From positions 10,354,001-10,418,000 of the forward strand of contig NC_092007.1 of assembly GCF_044704955.1 (NCBI RefSeq): DNA of 64,000 bases, given 5' to 3'. This stretch comes from Pristiophorus japonicus (taxonomy: Eukaryota). Positions 39,895 through 53,329 of this stretch are shown here, piece by piece; position 1 is the stretch's first letter; each line of letters starts with the position of its first letter. The notes under the pieces were generated by a model. The model saw nothing but the letters and a program-made list of their open reading frames with translations, ran no database searches and was not told where the DNA came from. Both the position numbers and the translations under genes were made by a program.

Positions 39895-41180
39895 AGACTG
39901 AGTGACAGCGCTGCCCGGTCCCTGATTGGCCGGCTGCCTCCCGCCGCACGCAGATCTGCGACCGTTGGAAGTCGCGTGGCCAGAGTGAGTGGGGTCCGCT
40001 GAGTGACAGAGGCTCCCCGGCCCCTGATTGGCTGGCTGCCTCCCGGACCGTGACTCGCGAGAGCACAAACCGTGAGGGGCAAAAGATTTTTTGAAAATTG
40101 GAAGCTCAGTCTATTGGGGAAAATCCCACTCAGGAAGCTCAGAGAAGGAGCTGTTGAGGGGGAAATGTTTAGTGAGATGAGAAAAGCAGTTGGATTTACC
40201 CTAATGGAGTTATTCAGTGGAAGAATGAGTTTATTGGCTGGAATTGAGGCTACCTTGAGGCAACAGGAAAAGGAGGCCAAGTTTTCTTTCTCTTCTGTGC
40301 CCGGCCCCACATCCTTGGACAAAACCTCCCAAACCCGCCACCTCCAGCCCCCCTCCTCGAAGGACAAGGGCAGCCGGCGCATGGGAACACCATCGCCTCC
40401 TGGTTCCCCTCCGAGTCTCACACACACACCACCCCCGGCTCGGAGATATATCATCCGTTCCTCTTCATCGTCAAAATCCCGCAGCTCCCGACCGAACGGC
40501 ACCGCGGGAGCACCTTCACCGCACGGGACACCGGTGGTTCAAGAAGGCCCACCACCACCTTCTCCAGGGGCGACGAGGGAATGGGCAATAAATGTCGGCC
40601 TCACCAGCGACATCTCCAGAATTGTTATTTGAACAATGAGGCAGCTCATTCCTTCCTCTGCTTTTACACCCAGTAGATTGTGCTCCATCAGGAAGACCCT
40701 TTTTACACAGATGGGTCCTCAGCCTGACGAACAACGCCCGATCAGGAGGGGCCGGCTAGATGCGATGGGTGGCGGGGTGACAGTCCGTTCCCATCAGTCA
40801 CCAGGATCTCGCTGGATGTCAACCCCAGTATTCAGAGACTGGAATTCTCGCCTCAGCTCGCCGGGGTAGAGGAAACAAGTAGCGATTGTAATAAAGAGGT
40901 AAAGAGAGAGTGTGTGGTGAAAAAGCCACAGCCATGAGGAGGTTCAGTGTGTCTCAGATACTGGAACAAGCTCAGCAACAACCAATGGAGGGTTCGGTGT
41001 GTCCTGGACACTGAAGTAAACTCAGTCGCAATGATGAGGAAGGTCCAGTTGATCCTGGAGTAACCAAAAGTATTGTGTCTTGAGGCCACACGGACAGCCA
41101 GACATCTCCCAAATCATCGCAGCATGAGGAGAGACCCCAAACAACAGCCCGTAGCATCGCGGAAAGGTACATTCACTTTT
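39895..41180 (+). repeat. Uninterrupted copy of the dispersed promoter-headed unit
   Basis: Homologous to minus-strand 10190-11055 and 13830-14340. Confidence 0.88.
39899..40062 (+). promoter_or_regulatory. Two direct TGAGTGACAG + CTGATTGG modules and CTCGCGAGA
   Basis: Decamers at 39899 and 40000, CCAAT boxes at 39922 and 40024; CpG-rich. Confidence 0.55.
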
Positions 41181-41269
41181 AGTTTCTCGCATCACTTCAA
41201 GATGGTTCTTACATTGAAAATGCTTGCTTTTTTAGAGTTTCTTTCGCAGCAATTTTCACAGTAAGGTCT

Positions 41270-42095
41270 TGCAAACAGCACTTGGATAAATGACCAGATA
41301 ACCTGTTTTGGATGTTGGATGAGGGATAGACATTGTCCCCAGCACACCGGGAAGGCCTCCCCTGCTCTTCTTCAAAATACTGATCTTTTACATCCACCTG
41401 AGAGGGCAGAAGGGGCCTCGGTTTAACGTCTCATCCAAAAGACACCACTTCCGACAGTGCGGCGCTCCCTCAGAACCGTCCCTCCGACAATGTGGCACTC
41501 CCTCCGTACTGCCCATCCGACATTACAGCACTCCCTCAGTACTGCACCTCCGACAGTGTGGCGCTCCCTCCGTACTGCCCCTCCGACAGTGCGGTGCTCC
41601 CACAGTACTGCCCCTCCGACATTACAGCACTCCCTCAGTACTTACTGCCCCTCCGACAATGTGGCACTCCCTCCGTACTGCCCCTCCGACAGTGCGGTGC
41701 TCCCACAGTACTGCCCCTCCGACATTACAGCACTCCCTCAGTACTGCACCTCCGACAGTGTGGCGCTCCCTCAGTACTGCCCCTCCGACAGTGCGGCACT
41801 CCCTCAGTACTGCCCCTCCGACAGTGCGGTGCTCCCACAGTACTGCCCCTCCGACAGTGCGGCACTCCCTCAGTACTGCCCCTCCGACAGTGCGGTGCTC
41901 CCACAGTACTGCCCCTCCGACAGTGCGGCACTCCCTCAGTACTGCCCCTCCGACAGTGCGGTGCTCCCTCAGTACTGCCCCTCCGACAGTGCGGTGCTCC
42001 CACAGTACTATGGTTGTTAGCCTGGATTATGGGTTTAAGTCTCAGGAGTGACCCAGAGGCGAGAGTGAGTGTTTAACCCACTGAGCTACAGCTGA
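41270..42095 (-). mobile_element. tRNA-derived (DeuSINE/SacSINE1-like) SINE with internal 33-bp array (41450-42008, ~17 units)
   Basis: A-box TAGCTCAGTGG on the - strand at ~42080; body homologous to 49370-49795. Family name from recall. Confidence 0.82.
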
Positions 42096-42315
42096 AACGT
42101 GGATGCCTGCAGCCCTCTCGTACACCACACAGACATCCATTCTTGGCGTGGGTGTTGTGACAGTTAAGGTATAATTTTGCAAGGCTCAATTCTCCGTGTA
42201 AATCCTCATTAGGGACAAGTGATGTTGGAAGATTTGGCCGACAGTGTTGCAGTCCTTTCTCTGTTGACCCATTCAGTGTTTGGGAATGCTCTATGCTGGG
42301 ACCAGTGCCTCGCTA

Positions 42316-43733
42316 AACATAGAAACATAGAAACATAGAAAATAGGTGCAGGAGCAGGCCATTCAGCCCTTCTAGCCTGCACCGCCATTCAATGAGTTCA
42401 TGGCTGAACATGAAACTTCAGTACCCCCTTCCTGCTTTCTCGCCATAACCCTTGATCCCCCGAGTAGTAAGGACTTCATCTAACTCCCTTTTGAATATAT
42501 TTAGTGAATTGGCCTCAACTACTTTCTGTGGTAGAGAATTCCACAGGTTCACCACTCTCTGGGTGAAGAAGTTTCTCCTCATCTCGGTCCTAAATGGCTT
42601 ACCCCTTATCCTCAGACTGTGACCCCTGGTTCTGGACTTCCCCAACATTGGGAACATTCTTTCTGCATCTAACCTGTCTAAACCCGTCAGAATTTTAAAC
42701 GTTTCTATGAGGTCCCCTCTCATTCTTCTGAACTCCAGTGAATACAAGCCCAATTGATCCAATCTTTCTTGATAGGTCAGTCCCGCCATCCCGGGAATCA
42801 GTCTGGTGAACCTTCGCTGCACTCCCTCAATAGCAAGAATGTCCTTCCTCAAGTTAGGAGACCAAAACTGTACACAATACTCCAGGTGTGGCCTCACCAA
42901 GGCCCTGTACAACTGTAGCAACACCTCCCTGCCCCTGTATTCAAATCCCCTCGCTATGAAGGCCAACATGCCATTTGCTTTCTTAACCGCCTGCTGTACC
43001 TGCATGCCAACCTTCAATGACTGATGTACCATGACACCCAGGTCTCGTTGCACCTTCCCTTTTCCTAATCTGTCACCATTCAGATAATAGTCTGTCTCTC
43101 TGTTTTTAACACCAAAGTGGATAACCTCACATTTATCCACATTATACTTCATCTGCCATGCATTTGCCCACTCACCTAACCTATCCAAGTCACTCTGCAG
43201 CCTAATAGCATCCTCCTCGCAGCTCACACTGCCACCCAACTTAGTATCATCCGCAAATTTGGAGATACTGCATTTAATCCCCTCGTCTAAATCATTAATG
43301 TACAATGTAAACAGCTGGGGCCCCAGCACAGAACCTTGCGGCACTCCACTAGTCACTGCCTGCCATTCTGAAAAGTACCCGTTTACTCCTACTCTTTGCT
43401 TCCTGTCTGACAACCAGTTCTCAATCCACGTCAGCACACTACCCCCAATCCCATGTGCTTTAACTTTGCACATTAATCTCTTGTGTGGGACCTTGTCGAA
43501 AGCCTTCTGAAAGTCCAAATATACCACATCAACTGGTTCTCCTTTGTCCACTTTACTGGAAACATCCTCAAAAAATTCCAGAAGATTTGTCAAGCATGAT
43601 TTCCCTTTCACAAATCCATGCTGACTTGGACCTATCATGTCACCATTTTCCAGATGCACTGCTATGACATCCTTAATAATTGATTCCATCATTTTACCCA
43701 CTACTGAGGTCAGGCTGACCGGTCTATAATTCC
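42316..43733 (-). mobile_element. CR1 LINE, 5'-truncated, open RT frame 42418-43701
   Basis: QHGF..GKSCLTNL, YLDFQKAFDKVPH, GVPQGSVLGP, KFADD; (TTTCTATG)n tail. Confidence 0.97.
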
Positions 43734-44169
43734 TTTAGTTACAGCAGCTTATTTAACACGGAATCCAAGCCTGATTCGCCCTCATCTGGTGTCCAGCAGG
43801 AGTGAGCGTACAGCAATCAGGACTGGAACACCAGCAAGTCATTGCCCTGTCTCGCTGTGAGCACTGAGCGCAATATTAACTGGTGCTCTGTCTGAGGGAT
43901 CTTGAGTTCTTACTGCACAGAGTGACACCAGATGGTGCCTTTGGGCACATGGCCCTTGGAGGAGCTGGGATATGGTGCTCATGCCAAGAATAATGACAGT
44001 ATAGCCAGAGCGCTGACATCACCAGCGACCATTCGAAGCACCGCATCTTCCACTCATTTTTGTGAATCTTGATTGTTTTGATCTTGTATTGCTTTATTGT
44101 GCTGGAAATGTGATTGGTGCGAGCAGCGCTGTTATTCTGGATGATGATCGCTGCGAACATTCCTGCTAT

Positions 44170-44368
44170 TCTGGATGCTGGTGTGGTTACTAGCACTTCC
44201 AAGACGATGGCATGCCACGACAGCTTTTACTGCAGCCAAATCATTTTGCATTAAGTGAGACTTCATCCCACCAAGGGGAGACAGAATCATCGTCCCTGTT
44301 CAGAATCCTCGAAACATGTTCTCCCCTCTCATCGCAGAGTGGTTCATAGCCACACAGCAGCATGTGTA
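44170..44368 (-). pseudogene. CAMK4: CAMK4 retrocopy, C-terminal piece
   Basis: Manual translation LLCGYEPLCDERGE..ILN..SPWWDEVSLNAK then AAVKAVVACHRLGSAS; may extend toward ~43980. Confidence 0.88.
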
Positions 44369-44369
44369 C

Positions 44370-46745
44370 AGGTTTGTTCTCCTAATCTGAGGAAGGACAT
44401 TCTTGCTGGAACAGGGAAGGTGGCTCAACTGTGGCTAACAAGGGAAATTAGGGAGAGTGTTAAATCCAAATTGGCCAGAAAAAGCAAAAAACCTGAGGAC
44501 TGGGAGAAATTTAGAATTCAGCAGAGGAGGACAAAGGGTTTAATTAGGAGGAGGGAAATAGAGTATGAGAGTAAGCTTGCAGGGAACATAAAAACTGACT
44601 GAAAAGCCTCTAGAGTTATGTGAAGAGAAAACGATTAGTAAAGACAAATTTAGGTCTCTTGCAGTCAGAATCAGATCAATTTATAATGAGGAACAAAGAA
44701 ATGGCAGACCAATTGAACAAATACTTTGGTTCTTTCTTCACTAAGGAAGACACAAATAACCTTCCGGAAATACTAGGGGACCAAGGGTATAGCAAGAAGG
44801 AGGAACTGAAGGAAATCCTTATTAATCAGGAAATTGTGTTAGGGAAATTATTGGGAATGAAGGTCGATAAATCCCCTGGGCCTGATAGTCTGCATCCCAG
44901 AGTAGTTAAGGAAGTGGCCCTAGAAATAGTGGATGCATTGGTGGTCATTTTTCAACGTTCTATCGGCTCTGGATCAGTTGCTATGCATTGGAGAGTAGCT
45001 AATATAACCCCACTCTTTAAAAAAGGAGGGAGAGAGAAAACAGGGAATTATAGACCAGTTAGCCTGACATCGGTAGTGGGGAAAATGTTGGAATCAATTA
45101 TTAAAGACGTAATAGCAGCGCATTTGGAAAGCATTGACAGGATCGGTCCAAGTCAGCATGGATTTATGAAAGGGAAATCATGCTTGACAAATCTTCTAGA
45201 ATTTTTTGAGGATGTAACTAGTAGATTGGACCAGTGGATGCAGTGTATTTGGACTTTCAAAAGGCTTTTGACAAGGTCCCACACAAGAGATTAGTGTGCA
45301 AAATTAAAGCACATGGTATTGGGGGAAATGTATTGACATGGATAGAGAACTGGTTGGCAGGCAGGAAGCAAAGAGTAGGAATAAACGGGTCCTTTTCAGA
45401 ATGGCAGGCAGTGACTTGTGGAGTACCGCAAGGTTATAAGGACAACCTCAAAGCCTCGCTGGTAAAGTGCGACATCACCACTGACACCTGGGAGAGCCTG
45501 GCCACAGACTGCCCGAGGTGGAGAAAGTTCAACCGGGAGGGCGTTGAGCTCTTTGAGTCTCGCCACAAGAGGCCAGGCACAGGCAGCGGAAGGAGCACGC
45601 GGCAAACCAGCCCTACCGACCCCTTCCCCCGACGAATGTCTGTCCCACCTGTAACAAGGTCTGTTCAGCCATCAACGAACTCACTTAGGGAGTGGAAACA
45701 AGTCCTCCTCGATTCCGAGGGACTGCCTATGATAATGACCGCAAGGTTCAGTGCTGGACCCCAGCTATTTACAATATACATCAATGATTTGGATGAAGGA
45801 ATTGAATGTAATATCTCCAAGTTTGCAGATAACACTAGGCTGGGTGACAGTGTGAGCTGTGAGGAGGATGCTAAGAGGCTGCAGGGTGACTTGGACAGGT
45901 TAGGTGAGTGGGCAAATGCATGACAGATGCAGTATAATGTGGATAAATGTGAGGTTATCCACTTTGGTGGCAAAAACAGGGAGGCAGACTATTATCTGAA
46001 TGGTGACAGATTAGGAAAAGGGGAGGTGCAACGAGACCTGGGTGTCATGGTACATCAGTCATTGAAAGTTGGCATGCAGGTACAGCAGGCGGTGAAGAAG
46101 GCAAATGGTATGTTGGCTTTCATAGCGCGAGGATTTGAGGATAGGAGCAGGGAGGTCTTACTGCAGTTGTACAGGGCCTTGGTGAGGCCACACCTGGAAT
46201 ACTGTGTACAGTTTTGGTCTCCTAATCTGAAGAAGGACATTCTTGCTATTGAGGGAGTGCAGCGAAGGTTCACCAGACTGATTCCCAGGATGGCAGGACT
46301 GACATACGAAGAAAGATTGGATTTACTAGGCTTATATTCAATGGAATTTAGAAGAATGAGAGGGTATCTCATAGAAACATATAAACTTCTGACAAGATAG
46401 GAGAGGTTAGATGCAGGAAGAATGTTCCCAATGTTGGGGAAGTCCAGAACCAGGGGTCACAGTCTAAGGATAAGGGGTAAGCCATTTAGGACCGAGATGA
46501 GGAGAAACTTCTTCACTTAGAGAATTGTGAACCTGTGGAATTCTCTACCACAGAGCGTTGTTGAGGCCAGTTCATTTGATATATTCAAAAGAGAGCTAGA
46601 TGTGGCCCTTATGGCTAAAGGGGTTAAAGCGTATGGAGAGAAAGCAGGAATGGGGTACTAAAGTTTCATGATGAGCCATGATCATATTAAATGGTGGTGC
46701 AGGCTCGAAGGACCGAATGGCCTACTCCTGCACCTATTTTCTATG
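44370..46745 (+). mobile_element. CR1 LINE with RTE 3' fragment inserted (45436-45737)
   Basis: KSPGPD..NYRPVSLTS..FADN; TSD ACCGCAAGGTT flanks the RTE insert. Confidence 0.94.
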
Positions 46746-46800
46746 ACACCCACTGACCACATGCCAACCTGTGGTGCAGAGGCAGAACCTGGTAAGATTT
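46746..46800 (-). pseudogene. CAMK4: CAMK4 retrocopy, middle piece
   Basis: KILPGSASAPQVGMWSVG resembles EILRGCAYGPEVDMWSVG; collinear with the other pieces. Confidence 0.65.
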
Positions 46801-46819
46801 TGAAGAAGGTTTGAGCGTA

Positions 46820-48178
<1,359 letters not shown>

Positions 48179-48309
48179 CCTGGCCGCCGGCCGTAACACA
48201 CTGCCTTACTCAACGGTCGGGGCCGAACAGCTGCCGAACCATGCCCAGCCACACCGCCCCGCGTCAATGACCAGCAGCAACCTCCACTGAACAACAACAC
48301 GATTCATAC

Positions 48310-49256
48310 AGCAGCAAAACACTGCGGATGCTGGAAGCTGAAATAAAATCAGAAAAATGCTGGCAATACTCAGCGGGACAGGCAGCAACTGTGGAGAGAG
48401 AAACAGAGTTAACGTTTCAGGAACTGTGACCCTGGGCCAGAACTGGGAAAAGTTCGAGGTGTAACAGGTTCTTAAGGAAATTCAGGGGGCCGTGAAAGGT
48501 CGGAGGGGAGGAAAGAACAAAAGGGAAGGTCTGTGATAGGGTGGAAGGCAAGAGAGATTTGAGAGACAAAAGGGATAATGGGCCGAATGGAGATGGTAAT
48601 GGCACAAGTTAAGAAACAAAAGATGAGTCTAAGGGTGTGAATAGTGGAATAATTACCCGCTAGGAAAGAGAGAGAAAAAAATAAAAAGGAAGTGTTTGAA
48701 ACAAAGGGAGCAAAATACGGGCAGAGGTGATGGTCTGATATTGTTGAACTCGATGTTGAGTCCAGAAGGCTGTAAAGTGCCTAAGCAAAAGATGAGGTGT
48801 TCCTCGAGCTTGAGTTGAGCTTAATATTATTAATATGGAGAGGTGGGATCACACACATGCGCAGAGCGCATTGCAATGTGCAGCTCTTTCCCTGTTCCTG
48901 AAGTTTCTTGCTTTGAGTGAAAAAGTCAATCAAGATCTTTGGATAAAAAAGTAACGTAAGCTAGAGGAGAAAAATGGTGAGGAAAAGGATGCACAAACGT
49001 ATCGGGACTGGAGCTGTGAGTGTGTGCGACCTCAATATTATGCTCAACGCAAGCTCGAGGAACACCTCATCTTTTGCTTAGGCACTTTTCAGCCTTCTGG
49101 ACTCAACATCGAGTTCAACAATTTCAGACCATCACCTCTGCCCGTATTTTGCTCCCTTTGTTTCTAACCCCTCCTTTTTATTTTTTTGCTCTCTTTCCCA
49201 GCGGGTAATTATTCCGCTATTCACACCCTTAGACTCATCTTTTGTTTCTTAACTTG
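48310..49256. mobile_element. Penelope-like 3' ends in inverted arrangement
   Basis: 48605-48830 is the reverse complement of 49035-49256; peptide QRKLEEHLIFCLGTFQPSGLNIEFNNF resembles a Penelope GIY-YIG C-terminus (recall). Confidence 0.75.
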
Positions 49257-49369
49257 GTTACTTAGCACCCGGCCGCCTGCCACACCAATAACCGCCGTAC
49301 CACAATACATGGAGAAAACGCAAAGTGCTCGCCTCCCACAGCGTCCTAGCATCCGCCTAATTGCTCATT

Positions 49370-49795
49370 AACAGAAAGACTTGCAGCTATACACCATCTT
49401 TCACGACCATCGGATGTCTCAAAGCGCTTTACAGCCAATTAAGTGCTTTTGGAGTGTAGTCACTGTTGCATTGTGGGAAACGCGGCACCCAATTTGCGCA
49501 CAGCAAGCTCCCACAAACAGCAATGTGATAGTGACCAGATAATCTGTTTTTTTTGTTACGTTGATTGAAGGATATAAGTATTGGCCAGGACACAGGAGCT
49601 AACTCCCCTGCTCTTTTTCAAAATTGTGCCACAGGGTCTTTTACAGACACCTGAGAGCTCAGACGGGGCCTCGGTTTAATGTCTCTTCCGAAAGATTGCA
49701 CTGGAGTTTCAGCCTAGATTTTTTTGTGCTCAAGTACCTGGAGTGGGAGTGGAACCCACAGCCTTCTGACTCAGAGGCGAGAGTGTTACCCACTC
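49370..49795 (-). mobile_element. tRNA-derived DeuSINE-like SINE
   Basis: B-box-like GGTTCCACTCC on the - strand; same body as 41270-42095. Confidence 0.82.
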
Positions 49796-51640
49796 TGCGA
49801 AAACTGGCACTAACAACAGACAGGGCAGTAATAGTCGGGGATTTCAACTACCCTAATATTAACTGGGATAGAATCAGTGCCAAAGATATAGAGGGCGCAG
49901 AATTCTTAAAATGCTTTCACGAGAACTGTTTTAGCCAGTACGTAGCAAGCCCAACAAGGGAGGGGGGTTCTGGACTTGGTGTTAGGGAATGAAGATGGGC
50001 AGGTAGAAGGGTATCAGTGGGAGAGCATTTTGGTGGCAGCGATCATAATTCAGTTAGATTTAGCATAGTTACGAACAAAGATAGACCAGGAGTAAATGTT
50101 CTCAATTGGGGAAAGGCCAATTTTACTAAGCCGAGATGTGATTTAGCAAAAGTGCACTGGAAACAGCTACTTGAAGGTAAATGTGTGTCAGAGCAGTGGG
50201 GGGCATTCAAGGAGGAGATAGTGAGGGTGCAGAGAAAATATATTCCTACAACAAAAAAGCTTGGGATTTCAAAATCTAGAGGCCCTTGGATGACATGGGG
50301 CATGCAGGGCAGGATAAGGGAAAGATGGGAATCTATGTCAGATATCAAGAGCTAAGTACTGCAGAAAGCCTCGGAGTATAGAAAGTGCAGGGGTGAAATA
50401 AAAAAGGAAATTAGGAAAGTAAAGAGAGGGCATGAAAAAATATTGGCAAGTAAAATCAAGGAAAACCCAAAGATGTTTCCTAAATACATAAAAAGCAAGA
50501 GGCTAACTAAGGAAAGCATTGGGTCTATTCAAGACCAAAAAGGTAACCTGCATATTGAGGCTGAAGATGTGGATGTGGTTCTTGGTGACTATTTTGCGCC
50601 TGTTCACAATGGAGAAGGACGATACAGACATTGTCGTTAAGCAGGAGGAGTGTGAAATATTAGATGAGATAAACATAGCGAGAGAGGAAATATTAAGGGG
50701 TTTAGCATCTTTGAAAATAGTTAGCTCACCACGCCTGGATGAAATGTATCCCAGGCTGTTGAAGGATACAAGTGTGTAAATAGCGGAGGCTCTGACCATC
50801 ATTTTCCAATCCTCTCTGGCTACAGGTATGGTGCCGAAGGACTGGCGGACTACTAACATTGTGCCATTGTTTAAAAAGGGAGAAAGGGATAGACTGTGTA
50901 ATTACAGATGGTGGGAAAATTATTGGAAAAAGTTCTGAGGGACAGTGTTAATTGTCACTTAGAATGACACAGATTTGTCAAGGGAAGGTCGTGTTTGACC
51001 AACTTGATTGCATTTTTTGAGGAGGTAACAAGGAGAGTTGATGAGGGTAGTGCGTTTGATATAGTCTACATGGATTTTAGCAAGGTTTTAGACAAGGTCT
51101 CACGTGGCAGACTGGTCAGAAAAGTAAAAGCCCATGGGACCCAAGAGAAAGTGGCAAGTTGGATCCAAAATTGGCTCAGTGGTAAGAAGCAAAGGGTTTT
51201 GGTTGGTGAGTGTTTTAGTGGCTGAAATTCTGTTTTGAGTGGGGTTCCGCAGGGCTCAGTACTAAATCCCTTGCTTTTTGTGGTATATATCAATGATGTA
51301 GACATCAATGAATAATAATTTTGCAGATGATATAAACATTGGCTGTGCGGTTGATAGTGCAGGAAGATATCAATGGACTGGTCAGGCAAATAGGAGTCAA
51401 TCCGGAGAAGTGTGAGGTAATGCATTTGGGGAGGGCTAACAAGGCAAGGGAATCACATTAAAACATAGGACACTGAGAAGTGTGGAGGAACAAAGGTGCC
51501 TTGGAGCGCATGTCCACAGATCCCTGAAAGTAGCAGGACCGGTAGAAAAGGTGGTTGAGAAGGCATATGGGATACTTGCCTTTATTGGCCGAGGCATAGA
51601 TTTTAAGAGCAGGGAGGTTATGCTTGAACTGTATAAAACA

Positions 51641-51869
51641 ATAATACAAAAGCAAAATACTGCGGATACTGGAATCTGAAATAAAAACAGCAAATGCTGG
51701 AAATCTCAGCGGGCCAGCAACATCTGTGGAGAGAGAAACAGAGTTAACGTTTCAGGTTACTGACCTTTCAGCAGAACTAGCGAAGGTTCATCGACCTGAA
51801 ATGTTAACTCTGTTCCTCCACAGATGCTGCCTGACTTGCTGAGATGTTCAGCATTTTCTGTTTTTATTA
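51641..51869. mobile_element. Penelope-derived hairpin insertion
   Basis: Inverted arms ~51680-51770 and ~51785-51867; TSD TGTATAAAACA. Confidence 0.8.
51742..51778 (-). ncRNA. Degenerate minimal hammerhead ribozyme motif
   Basis: AGUU-CUGCUGA-A-AGGU(CAGUA)ACCU-GAAACGUU-AACU; the core carries A6>C. Confidence 0.55.
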
Positions 51870-53329
51870 TGTATAAAACACTAATTAGGCCACAGCTAGA
51901 GTACTGCGTGCAGTTCTGGTCGCCACATTATACGAAAGATGTGATTGCACTCGAGGGGGGTACAGAGGAGATTCATGAGGATGTTGCCAGGACTGGAGAA
52001 TTTTAGCTATGTAAAGATTGGATAGGCTAGGGTTGTTTTCTTTGGAGCAGAGGAGGCTGAGTGGAGATTTAATTGAGGTGTATAAAATTATGAGGGATCT
52101 AGATAGTGGCTAGGAAAGACCGGGGGTAAGCCATTTAGGACCGAGATGAGGAGAAACTTCTTCATTCAGAGAAATGTGAATCTGTGGAATTCTCTACCAC
52201 AGAAAGTTGTTGAGACCAGTTCGTTAGATATATTCAAAAGGGAGTTAGGTGTGGCCCTTACGGCTAAAGGGATCAGGGGGTATGGAGAGAAAATAGGAAT
52301 GGGGTACTGAAGTTGCATGATCAGCCATGATCATATTGAATGGTGGTGCAGGCCCAAAGGGCCGAATGGCCTACCCCTGCACCTATTTTCTATGTTTCTA
52401 TGACCTGTTTCTCTTAGCAGAGACATCAATAACCAGGGGGCATAGATTTAAAGTAATTAGTAGAAGGAGAGCAGGGTAATTGAGGGTAGTGGGGGTCTGA
52501 AACTCACTGCCTGAAATGGTGGTAGAGGCAGACACCCTCAGCGCTTTTGAAAAGCAGTTGGATATGCACCTGAAGTACCGTAACCTGCAGGGCTACAGAC
52601 CAAGAGCTGAAAAGTGGGATTAAGCTGCATCGCTTATTCGGCCGGCACAGACAGAATGGGCTGAATGGCCTCCTTCTGTGCTGTAAATGTCTATGATTGC
52701 ATTCTGTGATTCAGTCTCTCTCAACCCCGATCCTCCTGTCTGTTCCTGCCCCATCTCGCTATTTATTACATTTCCGAGTCCCGTGTCATCTGCAAACTTT
52801 GAAATGATGCCCCGTGTACCCAAGTCCAGGTCTGTAAGACTTATCTTAATAAAACAGGTTTTAACCTGTAAGAATGATGTCTTTTCTCTACACTTCACAG
52901 AGTTCGGAACTTGTGAGACAAACAACACAGACACTGGATGTTTCTCTCTCATCCCAATCTAGGGGTTATCTTTACTTAGAATAATGAAGAGATACAAGCA
53001 ACATGATAGCATTAAATACACAATAATTGCTAATTATTAGCCCGCACCAACCTATCCCATTCAAGTACCTTTCAGCAGTTAAAATTGCCTATTCCTAAGG
53101 GATTAATAGAAAACAGGACACACACATTAGTTAACTCCAGCCATGGTCAACGGTCGGAAATGAATCCCCTGACCCTCTTGAAAACTGACCAGGCCACCAA
53201 TCACTTGACTGCAACGTTGACCTCACATGTTACAGCCATTTTATACCGTTTTTATGGATGTCAGCCCACCGTGTACATAATTGTCTAAGGTTAAAACAAA
53301 GGGATAGTCTTTCATCATGAATAGGTCTT

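Larger units (their letters stand above)
49800..52700 (+). mobile_element. Degraded CR1 LINE with nested inserts (51641-51869; CR1 tail ~52123-52402)
   Basis: IVGDFNYPNINW, GSDHN, YMDFSK..DKV, YCVQFWSPHY. Confidence 0.9.

Noticed and set aside
40072-40632. 186-aa ORF as a novel protein
   Set aside because: Its distal half is CR1-derived, and paralog differences (about 6 synonymous vs 10 replacement codons) give no clear coding signal.
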